Below, one piece after another: positions 27,101 through 37,848 of a DNA stretch of 48,809 nucleotides (position 1 is its first letter; every line of letters begins with the position of its first letter). The stretch is from a virus (Duplodnaviria > Caudoviricetes), in the IMG/VR virus record IMGVR_UViG_3300033512_000145, positions 1-48,809 of that record; one strand, 5' to 3'. The notes beneath the pieces were generated by a model. It searched no databases. It saw nothing but the letters and a program-made list of their open reading frames with translations, and was not told the origin of the DNA. Position numbers and translations under genes: made by a program.

Positions 27101-27700
27101 ATGGGATATACACATATTGATATAAGCGCACCGTCAAACCTTGCCATCGGCTCTAAGGGGTCTGAGGTTGTTGTGGCTGGTTCAGGCGGGACGCTGTATC
27201 AGCAGGGAGTTGCTATTAGTGCAACAGCCGCCGAAATAAACCGGGCGGCTGACGTATCTGCAAGTGCCGCCGTTGCCGCCAATGCTGCAACCTTAACCGT
27301 AACGGCAGACTTACACGCCGGGAAGGTTATTCAGTTTGGCAAAACAGACGGATGCATCGTAACGCTTCCAGCCGCAACCGGAACCGGGAATATTTATAAA
27401 TTTGTAATCGGGATTACGGCAACATCAAACGCAAATATCATTAAGGTAGCGAATGCAACCGATGTGATGAACGGTTCTTTGAATATTCAACAGGACACTG
27501 ACGTAGACGGGACCTTAAAAGTTTGGAGAGCCGATGCTGGTGACGACACTATGACATTTGCAGGAGCAGCAACGACCGGTGGTATTGTAGGCGGGTTTAT
27601 ACAATGCGCTGATTACAAATCCGGTTTTTGGTCATGCCAGGCATTCACTCAGTCCGGCGGTGGTTCAGAAGCTACACCTTTCAGTGCATCAGTAACCTAA
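27101..27700 (+). CDS. Virion structural protein (head fibre/decoration-like)
   Basis: ATAAEIN, VTLPAATGTG, ATPFSA motifs. Confidence 0.6.
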   Translation: MGYTHIDISAPSNLAIGSKGSEVVVAGSGGTLYQQGVAISATAAEINRAADVSASAAVAANAATLTVTADLHAGKVIQFGKTDGCIVTLPAATGTGNIYKFVIGITATSNANIIKVANATDVMNGSLNIQQDTDVDGTLKVWRADAGDDTMTFAGAATTGGIVGGFIQCADYKSGFWSCQAFTQSGGGSEATPFSASVT

Positions 27701-27710
27701 AGGATAACCA

Positions 27711-28160
27711 ATGAAAAAGAATATTAACTTAGCTCTTTTAACGCCTCAACAAGAAACAGAGATACGTAGAGAAATAAGCGATCTTGAACGTATGATAGTC
27801 TCAGATAGGCAATTAAAAACCCCTAAAATCCAAGATGAAGCAGAGTTCAGGGCGAATATTCAGAAAAAAAAGAAGTTGCTTGATGATCATACTCCAAGAC
27901 CCTTGAAGCCGAAAGAAAAAGACATTGCAGCGAAAAGGGTCAAGGAGCTTGATAAGATCATCGCTGAACATATGCCACGGAAGCGGGATTATTACCGGAA
28001 AGCTACTCAGGATATGGACTTTGAAAGAGCTGTAAATCAACAGATGGCTTTTCAACAGAACAAACAGTTACAGGGTATGATCCTTGAAAGAAAGCATCTT
28101 CTTGGAAGACTTGAACCCCAAGACCCTTATATAAGAAACATTGAAGGCTTACGCAAATGA
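27711..28160 (+). CDS. Hypothetical morphogenesis protein
   Basis: Charged helical ORF in the structural operon. Confidence 0.6.
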   Translation: MKKNINLALLTPQQETEIRREISDLERMIVSDRQLKTPKIQDEAEFRANIQKKKKLLDDHTPRPLKPKEKDIAAKRVKELDKIIAEHMPRKRDYYRKATQDMDFERAVNQQMAFQQNKQLQGMILERKHLLGRLEPQDPYIRNIEGLRK

Positions 28161-29038
28161 GCGTTACCACTATAAAGCAAAACATTCTTTATGGCCTTGG
28201 GGAGGGGTCAAGCGTATCTAATGATACATACTTGGCTTACTCCCTGAGATGGGCAAACCGGGCATATCGGGAAATCTTCTTAAAGGCCGGATATAAGTTT
28301 AATTTTATTAATAAACGGACCCTTTTAAAAACAATTGCAGGTCAACAGACATATCAGGCCCCGTCTGATTTTATTGGTTTCGTGACTATCAAAGATGAGA
28401 CAAACGACACCGTTATTGATCAGATAACACCCAGTGAATTTTCAAGAGATGTTGCAGGGGTATCCATTACATATGAGGAATTCACATCTTCATTTGACAC
28501 GGCTGTAGCTCTTGATAATACCGGTATCCTTCAATATTCAGAGAAAGTATACACTGGAACAACTGAATACACCCGTGGAACCGATTACACCATAGCATGC
28601 GCCGCAGGGACCATTACAGTGTTAAGTACCGGCGGGATGTTGGATGCCACTGATTATTCCGTTGATTATATCCATTGGAATAATGGAACCCCGGACAAGT
28701 TTTGTTTTGAGTACGACAAGACGAATTCAAGGCATATTTTCAGATTTGATCCCATACCAGATGATGTCTATACGGTTTCCCTTGTTTACCCTCATAACCC
28801 ATCAGACTTAGGTTCTCATGAGGCTATTTGGCCTTATATGGAACATGCTATTGAATGTGGTGGAATATACTATGGCAGTCTTGAAATCATTGAGGATGGA
28901 CAAAAAAGGGCAGAGTTTAAACAGATTTACATGGATGCCGTTTCCGATCTGGTTAAGACCGATCAGGACATGATACCGAAAAATCATAGAATCCCTGTAG
29001 TCATGAAGCGAAGCGATTACACAGACAGGAGTATTTAA
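28157..29038 (+). CDS. Head-tail adaptor / tail tubular protein A-like
   Basis: WANRAYREI, GQQTYQAPSDF, GTPDKF, FDPIPD..YTV. Confidence 0.75.
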   Translation: MSVTTIKQNILYGLGEGSSVSNDTYLAYSLRWANRAYREIFLKAGYKFNFINKRTLLKTIAGQQTYQAPSDFIGFVTIKDETNDTVIDQITPSEFSRDVAGVSITYEEFTSSFDTAVALDNTGILQYSEKVYTGTTEYTRGTDYTIACAAGTITVLSTGGMLDATDYSVDYIHWNNGTPDKFCFEYDKTNSRHIFRFDPIPDDVYTVSLVYPHNPSDLGSHEAIWPYMEHAIECGGIYYGSLEIIEDGQKRAEFKQIYMDAVSDLVKTDQDMIPKNHRIPVVMKRSDYTDRSI

Positions 29039-30573
29039 TGGCTCAAGCCCCCTATGGTCATTGTGAATTTGGGGTTGATTATGCAACACCTCCCCATGAA
29101 TTACCTGATTCAGCCCTTGCCGATTCTTTAAATTGTGTACCGACAAGGAAGGGACTTTTAACTGGCCGCAAAGGGCATTTAAGATTCAACAGCACATCTT
29201 TAGGGTCAAGAACAACATCAGTACACGAATTTAGAAGCGGGACCACGCGGAGCAAAATTGCCACATACGGAACAAAAATAGGTGTTTTCTCAGAAGCTAC
29301 CGGAGATTTCGTTGACCAGATAACCGGGCTTACGGATAACAAAATGTTTCAGTGGGTAAACTTTGGTAAAAAGGCCATATGTGTAAATGAAGGCGCAAAT
29401 GTGCCGCAATACTGGGATGGTTCAGCAGGCGGTGATTTAGGTGGTTCTCCTCCAACAGGTAAAACTATTATTCAATGGGCAAACCGATTATGGTTCGGGG
29501 GTAACGCAACAGAGGGTGCAACCTTATCTGGAAGCGTATTGAATGACCCTACGCTTTATACTGGAAGCGGTACGGCTACAGGAGCAGTATCTCAGCCGGT
29601 AGGAGATGCCGGGGATCCCATCACCGGGATGTATGGTTACTTTGATTATCTACTTGTCGGGAAGCAAAACACAATTTACAAAGTGGCCGGAGCACCTCCA
29701 ACAGACGCAACAAAACTAAGTATCTCACCTCTTTATTCAAGGGCGAATGAAAGCGATAATGTTGGCTTTACTTCTCCCTGGGCGATAACTCAGGTTGGCA
29801 ATGACGTTATTTTTCTTGACGGGTTCGATATCAAAAGCCTTACAGGTATTCAAGAGTTTGGAGACGTAAAGCATAATTCCATAATTCCACATTTCAGGGA
29901 TTATTTAGAATCCATCTGCGATAAAGATCTTCTTCAATACAGTAAATTTTTCCATTACAAGCGGGAAGAACAGATTTGGGTATCAATGCCGATGACTTCA
30001 AGCACTCATTATGTTTTTGTCCTCGATTATAAATTCAAAGATAAGACCGGGAGGTTTTCTGTTTTTCCGATTGGTGGAGTTATAGCAAGTTGTTTCGGTG
30101 GGTTTGAGAACGGTACAAATGATGATATTTATTTTGGAGACGAATCAGGTTTTGTCAGACAGCTTGATATTGGAGACAATGACGATGGCGCTGCAATAAA
30201 TCGGTATTTTGTCAAAGTCTTTGCCGGTAATGTTCCAGCAAGCGGGGCCTATGGTTATGAATCAAGAAGAAAGCAATTCCTTAATTCAGAAACCTATATT
30301 TATCCCACGGAATCAACCCTTACCATGACACCCTCATACTCTATTGATGTTTACGATCATGAACAGGTTCTTGCAGCAACATACACGGCATTAGATTCAG
30401 ACGACGTATCGACTTGGTATGGGTCAAAAACAAAACGGAAAAGAGTTCCGCTTCTTGGAATTAATGGTGGTACGCTTGCCCTAAAATGGACACATAGCGC
30501 TATCAGTGAAAATTTTATATTTTATCCAAGTCTGTTAAATTTCGGATGGAAACAGACGAACATGATCGTGTAA
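29038..30573 (+). CDS. Tail nozzle / tubular protein B (P22 gp10-like beta-propeller)
   Basis: Position, size, NRLWF, AITQVGNDVIFL. Confidence 0.75.
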   Translation: MAQAPYGHCEFGVDYATPPHELPDSALADSLNCVPTRKGLLTGRKGHLRFNSTSLGSRTTSVHEFRSGTTRSKIATYGTKIGVFSEATGDFVDQITGLTDNKMFQWVNFGKKAICVNEGANVPQYWDGSAGGDLGGSPPTGKTIIQWANRLWFGGNATEGATLSGSVLNDPTLYTGSGTATGAVSQPVGDAGDPITGMYGYFDYLLVGKQNTIYKVAGAPPTDATKLSISPLYSRANESDNVGFTSPWAITQVGNDVIFLDGFDIKSLTGIQEFGDVKHNSIIPHFRDYLESICDKDLLQYSKFFHYKREEQIWVSMPMTSSTHYVFVLDYKFKDKTGRFSVFPIGGVIASCFGGFENGTNDDIYFGDESGFVRQLDIGDNDDGAAINRYFVKVFAGNVPASGAYGYESRRKQFLNSETYIYPTESTLTMTPSYSIDVYDHEQVLAATYTALDSDDVSTWYGSKTKRKRVPLLGINGGTLALKWTHSAISENFIFYPSLLNFGWKQTNMIV

Positions 30574-30588
30574 GTAAAAGGGGATATT

Positions 30589-31968
30589 ATGGGATGGGAT
30601 GATAGTGGTGACGGCGGAGATGGAGGCGGCTGGGGCGGTGATGGGGGCGGCTGGGGTGGATATGGCGGTGATTATGGCGGGGATTATGACGGCGGATATG
30701 GCCAGGGCGGTGAAGGGCTTGGTGGTAGGGTAGGAGAAGGCAATGGTGATGTAAGAGATTCTTGGGGGGCAAGCACAAATCCAAACGACGCCGCATATAC
30801 AAGGTCGTATTCAGACCTATCAAATACCATCGGATCACATCAAGCAGCCTCCGCAGAAGCCGAAAAGAACGCCGTGGCATTTTCTAATCTGTCTGGTTAT
30901 TTAACATCAATAGCCAAGATTGGTTGGGGGTTTTTGTCCGGGAACCCTGTAGCCGCAATCGGTGGGGTTGTTTCATCTGTTATGGCATCAAATAAAGACA
31001 AGGTTGAACAAATAAAGGCATCATTAAAAAATTATAATCCAAGTTTAACAGATGCCCAGGCTGAAGCCCTCGCCCGTGATGCGGTGACAACCGCTATGAA
31101 ATCAATGTCGGCAGAGGGTGCATTTGATGGGTCAGGTAAAAGCGGATCAGGCAACACAGTTGATGCCATTGCACAAAATACAGCCAAGGGCCTTGTTTCA
31201 AATCCGGCGGCATTAACAGCAACAGCCGATGCTGTAATAAAAGGCGCATGGGATGAGAAATTAAAAACATATGACATGGCATCCATAACAGCGGCAATGA
31301 AAGCTGTTAAAGATGTTGACACTGATATTGAATACAACCATACCCTTGCCGACCTTTCAGGTATTGGAATGGATGCAAACGAAAAGGCCCTTCTGAACCA
31401 ACAAAAACAGATCGCCATGGACAGGGCAATCGGTGAAATACAAGATACTTTTTCAACAGAAGGCGAATCTTTAATTGCCCAGCAAATATATAATTTAGGA
31501 ACCAATGCCCTGGGCGGAACCATAGGCCAAGAGTTTGTCAAAAGATGGCAGGAAAGGGAAGTTAAGGCCAAAACAAACGCAATGCAGGATATTGAATCTT
31601 CATACCTTGCCGCTGAGAGATCTGCAATAGACAAAAACAAACAGCTCCAAACAGAATTATGGGGCCAGGAATATAATGCTGATGTGAAATCCGCAGAACT
31701 TGCGCTTGATAAAACAAAAGCAGGTGCATCGCTTCAATATCAATGGGATCAGTCTAACCTTGACAGGCTTGCACAATTAAGGGGCCAGGACATAACGGCA
31801 GAACAAGCCAACCTTGACAGGCTGTTGCAGGAACGGATGGGGAACACATCTCTTGGAGCCTGGGAAGATGCAAACAAGTATAGCGCAATTGGAAGCGCAA
31901 TCGGGAACATTGGCTCGATAGCTTCCGGTGTGTCAAAGTTTGGTGACATTATAAGCAGTTGGCTATAA
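30589..31968 (-). other. Antisense His/Pro-rich ORF overlap region (not a separate gene; see the + strand CDS)
   Basis: Minus-strand ORFs here are shadows of the Gly-rich + strand gene. Confidence 0.2.
30589..31968 (+). CDS. Probable DNA ejection/pilot protein
   Basis: Gly-rich N-terminus, hydrophobic segment, LRGQDI motif, position after nozzle. Confidence 0.6.
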   Translation: MGWDDSGDGGDGGGWGGDGGGWGGYGGDYGGDYDGGYGQGGEGLGGRVGEGNGDVRDSWGASTNPNDAAYTRSYSDLSNTIGSHQAASAEAEKNAVAFSNLSGYLTSIAKIGWGFLSGNPVAAIGGVVSSVMASNKDKVEQIKASLKNYNPSLTDAQAEALARDAVTTAMKSMSAEGAFDGSGKSGSGNTVDAIAQNTAKGLVSNPAALTATADAVIKGAWDEKLKTYDMASITAAMKAVKDVDTDIEYNHTLADLSGIGMDANEKALLNQQKQIAMDRAIGEIQDTFSTEGESLIAQQIYNLGTNALGGTIGQEFVKRWQEREVKAKTNAMQDIESSYLAAERSAIDKNKQLQTELWGQEYNADVKSAELALDKTKAGASLQYQWDQSNLDRLAQLRGQDITAEQANLDRLLQERMGNTSLGAWEDANKYSAIGSAIGNIGSIASGVSKFGDIISSWL

Positions 31969-31977
31969 GGAGATAAT

Positions 31978-33162
31978 ATGGGCTTACAATTACCCCCGGT
32001 TCACGGATATGGAATCCCAACCATTTTAAATCAATGGCGGGAGAATGAAGACAGACAGCAGGATTTCGAGATAAAAAAACAACAGCTTGATATGCAGAAG
32101 CAGCAGCAAGAGGCTTTAATCGAGGATAGAAAATCCCAAAGGATTAGTGTCTCAGCAGACAAGGGATTCAAATTACTTGATTACGCTAAAAAAATTGAAC
32201 AAACAAATCCAGCGGCATCCATGAAAATAACAAAAGATGCAATCCGTGTTATTAAAACGGTTTTCCCTGAATTAGAAATAAACGAGGAAGATTTATCCCC
32301 AAGTTCAATAGAAAACTCACTTCCGGAAATTGAATTAAAGGCAATGCAAGAGGCATATGACAAAGGTGATTTCAAAAGGGTAAGACACCTCAAGACTAAT
32401 TTACTTAAAAGGGGGAATATCACAAAAGAGGTCGCTGACCTTTATCAAGAAAAAGAAAAGAAAGATACAGGGTATACCCTTGGTGAAAATGCCATAAGGT
32501 TTGACGAAAATAATAAACCTATAGCTTATGGAAAACCAAAAATAGAACAGAACGAAGTGATAGAAACAAATCCGGACGGGACAATAACCATAGTAAGGGG
32601 GCCAGGAGCAAAGCCAACCAAGGGAAGGATAAAAACAGATGAAGAATTTGCAAAAGAGCTTGTTGACTGGAGATACAAAGGCGGGGCTGCTGATACAGCT
32701 AAATCTATAGATCAATTAAGGCTTGCTTCAAGCGAATTGCAATCAGGGAAAAACATTACCGGGCCTATTCTTAATCTGATTCCTGATTTTGTAAAAGCTG
32801 GCACGAACCCCGATTCAATAAACATAAAAGAAGCCGTCCAAGAGGTTGTTCAAAGAAATTTAAGAGATATCCTTGGCGCTCAATTCACCCAAAAAGAGGG
32901 AGAGAACTTAGTCAATCGGGCATACAACTCTGCTTTAGATGAAAAAGTAAACGCAGTTAGAGTTTCCAGGTTGATGGATCAAATAGCAAGGGCGGCAGAA
33001 GCAAAAGAAGCGGCTGCGCAATACTTTGAAAAAAATGGCACATTGACCGGATTTACAGGCAAGGTTCCGACATTGCAAGATTTTGTAAAAATGGATTTTG
33101 AAAAAGCATCCGGCACTATTAAAACAGCCGATGATTATCTCAATAAATTTAAGGTGAAGTAA
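31978..33162 (+). CDS. Probable DNA ejection protein
   Basis: Helical; GAQFTQKEG motif; position. Confidence 0.6.
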   Translation: MGLQLPPVHGYGIPTILNQWRENEDRQQDFEIKKQQLDMQKQQQEALIEDRKSQRISVSADKGFKLLDYAKKIEQTNPAASMKITKDAIRVIKTVFPELEINEEDLSPSSIENSLPEIELKAMQEAYDKGDFKRVRHLKTNLLKRGNITKEVADLYQEKEKKDTGYTLGENAIRFDENNKPIAYGKPKIEQNEVIETNPDGTITIVRGPGAKPTKGRIKTDEEFAKELVDWRYKGGAADTAKSIDQLRLASSELQSGKNITGPILNLIPDFVKAGTNPDSINIKEAVQEVVQRNLRDILGAQFTQKEGENLVNRAYNSALDEKVNAVRVSRLMDQIARAAEAKEAAAQYFEKNGTLTGFTGKVPTLQDFVKMDFEKASGTIKTADDYLNKFKVK

Positions 33163-35591
33163 TGCCAACAATTCAAGAGATTGTAAAAGACCCTGATTTT
33201 CTAAGCCTACCAAGGGAAGAGAAATTAAAAGTTTTTCAGCGGGTTGACGCTGATTTTGTTTCATTGCCTGGGTCTGAGCAAAACAAAGTTATTGATAGTT
33301 TTGCAATATCGAAACCTGAATCAGTCAAAACAGATTATACAAAGCCCTTTTCAGTTGCGGCTCATTCCCCGGTAGATGATAAAGACCCTAAAAGGGCAAT
33401 GAGCAGCTTTGGAAGGAATGTTGTCCCGGCAGTTACGAGTTTAGGAGGGGTAGCCCTTGGATCTTTTTTGGGTGGCCCTCCAGGTGCAAAAGTAATGGGT
33501 GGTGGTGGTTATGCACTCGGCCTTGAGTTGGCAGACCAAATAGATAAAATGCTCGGTAAATATGAAGACAAGCCTGCCAAGGAAGATATCCAAAATTTTA
33601 AAAACAATATGGCCCTCGGTATGGCAATGGAAATAGGTGGAGAGGTAGCGGCTTCAACTATGGCTGGAGCTTACGGGCTTACTAAAAAAGCTGGCAAGTG
33701 GATACTTGATAAGCTTCCTCCATTAACAAAAGAATCAGCCAAAAAACAAGCCGGGAGAATATTGGCCGTCAATATGAACGATGGCCCTGTTTTTATAAAA
33801 AATGCAGAGGATGCAGCGGAACTTGAATCACTTATCCCAGGATTAAAATTTTCAATGGGAGAAAGGACGGCAGACCCCGGCATTTTAAAGTTTGAAAGGG
33901 CTATGACAAATGCCCCAGGTGAAACGGCTGGTATGGTTGGCAATCAACGAGCACAGAACACTTTAGCAATAAAAGATTTCATAAATAAAGCAAAAGGGTC
34001 AGCTACTCCTGAAGATGCAATAAAAACCTTAGAAACCCAAAAAGCAAATACTGAGGCCGGTGTTTTATATACTGGTGGAAGATTGAGCCGGGAAGCTGAA
34101 AAATTTACAGGGCAAATACCGCTTCAAGAAACTGGTCAGATTATAAAATCTGAAGCAGCGGCAGGAAAACGAGCTGCAAAAGGTGAGGCATCAAGATTAT
34201 TTAATGAAGTGCCTGAATTTGAAATAGACGCATCGAGAATAACAAGCAAAATCAATGAGCTTTCAAAACCTCTTTCAAGGGTTGAAGATGTTTCAAAAAA
34301 TATTCCCAATGTATTTAACAGGGCTAAAGGACTTCTGGAAGAAACAAACAATAAATTAACCCCTCAAGACCTGCAAGGGATAAGACAAGAACTTGGTTCA
34401 GAATTGAGAAATTCTCAAAATTCATCAAACCCAAATGCACGCCTTGAAAAAAGAATTTCAGGGTTAATGGGTGAAATTGATGATGTTTTAAGAGAAGCCG
34501 GAGAAGGGACCGGATCTGCTTCAGAAAAACTAAAAACAGCAAGGACGTTTTTCAGGCAAGAAGTGATTGAAAAATTCAAAGAGGGTCCAGTGGGAGAAAT
34601 CCTAAAAACAAAGTTTACTGGTGATGCTGTTTCGGATTCTCAAGTTGCATCAAGGTTTTTTAAGCCAGGGAGAGAAGGTGCTGAAAATGCCAAAAAATTT
34701 GTTGAGACTTTCGGGAATGAATCAACCGCTAAAGCTGCGCTTGATGATGCCATAAATCAAAACATGCTCGACGCTGTTACAGACAAAAACACGGGTGAAA
34801 TAGTAAGGTCAAAATTAAACGGATGGCTGTTTAAACATAAACCCGCACTTGAACAGCTCGGATTATCTAAAAAATATGATTCTCTTGTTACTGCAAGGAG
34901 TGAACTTGACAAGGCATTAGAGACAAAATCCATGTTTGATAAATCAGCCGCTTCAAAGATGATAGGAACAGATGTCAATTCCGCAGTCAAAAAAGCGTTT
35001 GAAGGCTCTAAAAAAACTCAAGCGGCATACCAGTTGATGAATAAGGTCAAGCATGATGGGAATGCGGTTTCAGGGCTACAAAACTCAGTTATAGACGATA
35101 TTATTTCAAGGTCTGAATTGTCGGCAACAGATACGCTCGGAAACTCTGTATTGAGTTATGACAAGCTTTCAAAAGGGATTAAGGAATATGACCCGGCCTT
35201 AAAAATATTGTTTAAAGACGCACCTGAAAAAATCAAAGCTCTTGAATCTGTTAGAACCGCTGTTAAAATAATGCAAAGGAGCAAAACACCTATTGTTTCT
35301 GGAGGTTCTGATACCGCTGCAAATATTTTAACCATAATGGGGAAAGCGTCCGGCATGTCAAACAGTCGTACCCTTAATATAGCAAAGGCTTTTATTAAAC
35401 CGCTGAAAGACATGGGAGATGAGCAGGTAAATATTTTTTTAAATCGGGCAATGTTTGATCCTGATTTTGCAAATACGCTTAAACTTATGACCAAAGAAAA
35501 GACAACTGTCGACCAAGTTGAAAGAAGATTGAAGGGTCATATGCTGTCTTTAGGAATGAAGGGATTTACCAATGACAACACAGCACAATGA
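33162..35591 (+). CDS. Probable large DNA ejection protein
   Basis: 809 aa, helical with Gly-rich hydrophobic segment; third of the trio. Confidence 0.6.
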   Translation: MPTIQEIVKDPDFLSLPREEKLKVFQRVDADFVSLPGSEQNKVIDSFAISKPESVKTDYTKPFSVAAHSPVDDKDPKRAMSSFGRNVVPAVTSLGGVALGSFLGGPPGAKVMGGGGYALGLELADQIDKMLGKYEDKPAKEDIQNFKNNMALGMAMEIGGEVAASTMAGAYGLTKKAGKWILDKLPPLTKESAKKQAGRILAVNMNDGPVFIKNAEDAAELESLIPGLKFSMGERTADPGILKFERAMTNAPGETAGMVGNQRAQNTLAIKDFINKAKGSATPEDAIKTLETQKANTEAGVLYTGGRLSREAEKFTGQIPLQETGQIIKSEAAAGKRAAKGEASRLFNEVPEFEIDASRITSKINELSKPLSRVEDVSKNIPNVFNRAKGLLEETNNKLTPQDLQGIRQELGSELRNSQNSSNPNARLEKRISGLMGEIDDVLREAGEGTGSASEKLKTARTFFRQEVIEKFKEGPVGEILKTKFTGDAVSDSQVASRFFKPGREGAENAKKFVETFGNESTAKAALDDAINQNMLDAVTDKNTGEIVRSKLNGWLFKHKPALEQLGLSKKYDSLVTARSELDKALETKSMFDKSAASKMIGTDVNSAVKKAFEGSKKTQAAYQLMNKVKHDGNAVSGLQNSVIDDIISRSELSATDTLGNSVLSYDKLSKGIKEYDPALKILFKDAPEKIKALESVRTAVKIMQRSKTPIVSGGSDTAANILTIMGKASGMSNSRTLNIAKAFIKPLKDMGDEQVNIFLNRAMFDPDFANTLKLMTKEKTTVDQVERRLKGHMLSLGMKGFTNDNTAQ

Positions 35592-35706
35592 CATTGAATA
35601 CTCAGAAGGCATCCTATGTGACAACGAGGATATCCTTTGTAACAATGAAACATATCTTTGTGACGGATTAATCGAATGGCTTGAAATTCAATACGGAGGA
35701 GATTAA

Positions 35707-36798
35707 ATGGCTTTTGGTAAAGTAACACTGACCGGAGTTGTGGACAACCTGAAAGAAGGCTGGACCAAGTTTAATTCATTGGTTGATGACCTTCTTTCAA
35801 CGAGTTCAGGGAAAGGAGCTTCTCAGATAGGAATACACGATTCAGCCGGAAATCTTACAGCGACAAATGTTGAAGCCGGTCTTGCAGAGATATTTAACGT
35901 CTATGACGGCGCAAGAGTTCTATCAGAAACCTTTATGGAAAACCCATCAACCACAACCGGGCTGACCTGGGGTTATAAAGGCGGAGTTTATCGGTTAGAT
36001 CAGGTTGTAACCACTGTGGCAGCAGGTACGGTTGGCCTTACAGATGATGCTGTTAATTATATTGAAGTTGATCCTTCTGACGGTGGGGTTAAAAAGAACA
36101 CATCTGCCTTCACTTCCGGGAGAATCCCAATAAGACAAGTGACAGCCTCTTCGGGGGTTCAGACCGTCAGCACTGATAAAAGGGCATGGTTTGCTATTCA
36201 GCAAATGGCCGGGGCTACCGATTCTGTAGCCGGTTCTTTAGAAATAGCGACAAACGATGAAGTTATTACAGGCACGGCAAACAACCTTGCAATAGTCCCG
36301 TCAGCGTTAACAGCTTGGCTCGCAGATATAGGCCCGGATAAAACAGAGGTGGGATATATTAATGGCCTAACAGGTCCAATTATGACTTTGCTGGGTAACA
36401 AGCAAGATGCAGATGCAGATACAGCCAAAACAGATGTAGCAAACGTATGGGAGAAAGCCCAAAGTTATGGGGTCAGTGTGTTGTCGAGTGCGTCAGGAGT
36501 CCTAACCTGGGATTTAAATTTGTACCCTGTGGCCACTGCCACTTTATCTGAAAATATTACGTCAATAGTTCTTCAAAACGCAGCCCCAGGAACAGGGTAT
36601 GAATTAACACTGATTCAAGATGGAACCGGTAGCAGAACTGTAGCTTTCCCGGCTGGTTGGATGTTTCCGAACAAAACAGCCCCCGTAAAAACTGCTGCCG
36701 CCAATTCTGTTGATATTATCAGTCTGTCGGTTATAGGAACCACAGAAACACCAATAATAAGGGCCGTGGGGGCGCCTAATATAGGAGTTGTGGCATGA
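35707..36798 (+). CDS. Tail fibre protein
   Basis: GASQIG, TATNVEAGLAEI, EIATNDEVITG, LIQDGTGSRTVAFP fibre motifs. Confidence 0.8.
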   Translation: MAFGKVTLTGVVDNLKEGWTKFNSLVDDLLSTSSGKGASQIGIHDSAGNLTATNVEAGLAEIFNVYDGARVLSETFMENPSTTTGLTWGYKGGVYRLDQVVTTVAAGTVGLTDDAVNYIEVDPSDGGVKKNTSAFTSGRIPIRQVTASSGVQTVSTDKRAWFAIQQMAGATDSVAGSLEIATNDEVITGTANNLAIVPSALTAWLADIGPDKTEVGYINGLTGPIMTLLGNKQDADADTAKTDVANVWEKAQSYGVSVLSSASGVLTWDLNLYPVATATLSENITSIVLQNAAPGTGYELTLIQDGTGSRTVAFPAGWMFPNKTAPVKTAAANSVDIISLSVIGTTETPIIRAVGAPNIGVVA

Positions 36799-37517
36799 AA
36801 AAGCTTATGCTGATTATTTTTTCGTCTTTTATTTTTGGAGGCTGTATGTTTATCAGACCGATAGGTTTTATGAGTGATGACTTTTTTGTAGATGTCGATG
36901 CTACATATAACGCCAATGGGACTTTCGTGGCCCCTTGTACTGCTACTTATACCATAGAATTGAAAGGTGGTGGAGGGGGAGGGGCCGGTGGATGGAGAGA
37001 CGGATCTTCAGGGAGCTATACTTCTGTCGGTGGTGGAGGTGGGGAGGAAGGCGGTAGAAATATATATAATCAGCTTATTGTTAAAGGAACGAGTGTTAAT
37101 ATAACAATAGGTACTGGTGGATCAGGAAGTGCCGGCAATGTCTCTTACACTCAATCAGATAAAGCCTCAAACGGGTCTGCATCTTCTGCTGCTGTTTCAG
37201 GCGGAAGCACATATACTGCCCCAGGAGGTGTTGGCGGAGGTTCAGGTCTAACAGGCGGTTCAGGTGGTGGTGGCACATATGACGGAGAAAACGGTGGGGA
37301 TGGTACTTATGGAAATGGGGTAGACTCCGGTGGAGTAGGTGGTGATGGTGGTGGTACAGGCGGCGGTGCTGGAGGCGGGTCTGCTTTAAACACCATTAAC
37401 GGGTCCAGTGGAACACCCAATACCGGCGGCGGCGGTGGAGGTGGTAACGGTGCTGGGCCTTCTACTCCTGGTAGTGGAGAGGCTGGTGGCAAGGGGCGCG
37501 TGAGAATAACGAATTAA
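36795..37517 (+). CDS. Glycine-rich fibre-tip/adhesin-like protein with lipoprotein-like signal
   Basis: Polyglycine GGGGGG runs; N-terminus MKKLMLIIFSSFIFGGC. Confidence 0.75.
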   Translation: MKKLMLIIFSSFIFGGCMFIRPIGFMSDDFFVDVDATYNANGTFVAPCTATYTIELKGGGGGGAGGWRDGSSGSYTSVGGGGGEEGGRNIYNQLIVKGTSVNITIGTGGSGSAGNVSYTQSDKASNGSASSAAVSGGSTYTAPGGVGGGSGLTGGSGGGGTYDGENGGDGTYGNGVDSGGVGGDGGGTGGGAGGGSALNTINGSSGTPNTGGGGGGGNGAGPSTPGSGEAGGKGRVRITN

Positions 37518-37554
37518 GCTACAAAAACAATAAAAATCAATAAAGGAATAAGAA

Positions 37555-37839
37555 ATGTACGAAAACATCAAAACAGCAATCACGGCGACAGATTTTGTCC
37601 CGGTAAGACTCCCGGCTAATCAGAAATGTTCTTCCGTGTCCCTGTGGACTGAAGACGGAAGCTATTGGGAGCGGTCTTTTGTGGCCGATGGAACTGGGTC
37701 TATAAAGGTTACCAGTGACGGGACCGCGGGAATGGCGGTTAATATCAATCAGGAGTATGGTGCCTCCGCAGTTGGAACTATTGTTTGTTATGCCAAGGGT
37801 TCAGCGTCAACCAATCTTGTAGGAATTATTACAGTATAG
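37555..37839 (+). CDS. Small beta-rich virion protein
   Basis: RBS, composition, position. Confidence 0.6.
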   Translation: MYENIKTAITATDFVPVRLPANQKCSSVSLWTEDGSYWERSFVADGTGSIKVTSDGTAGMAVNINQEYGASAVGTIVCYAKGSASTNLVGIITV

Positions 37840-37848
37840 GAGCCTTCC

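Noticed and set aside
30587-30880. His/Pro/Arg-rich minus-strand ORF
   Set aside because: Antisense of the Gly-rich start of the 30589 gene.
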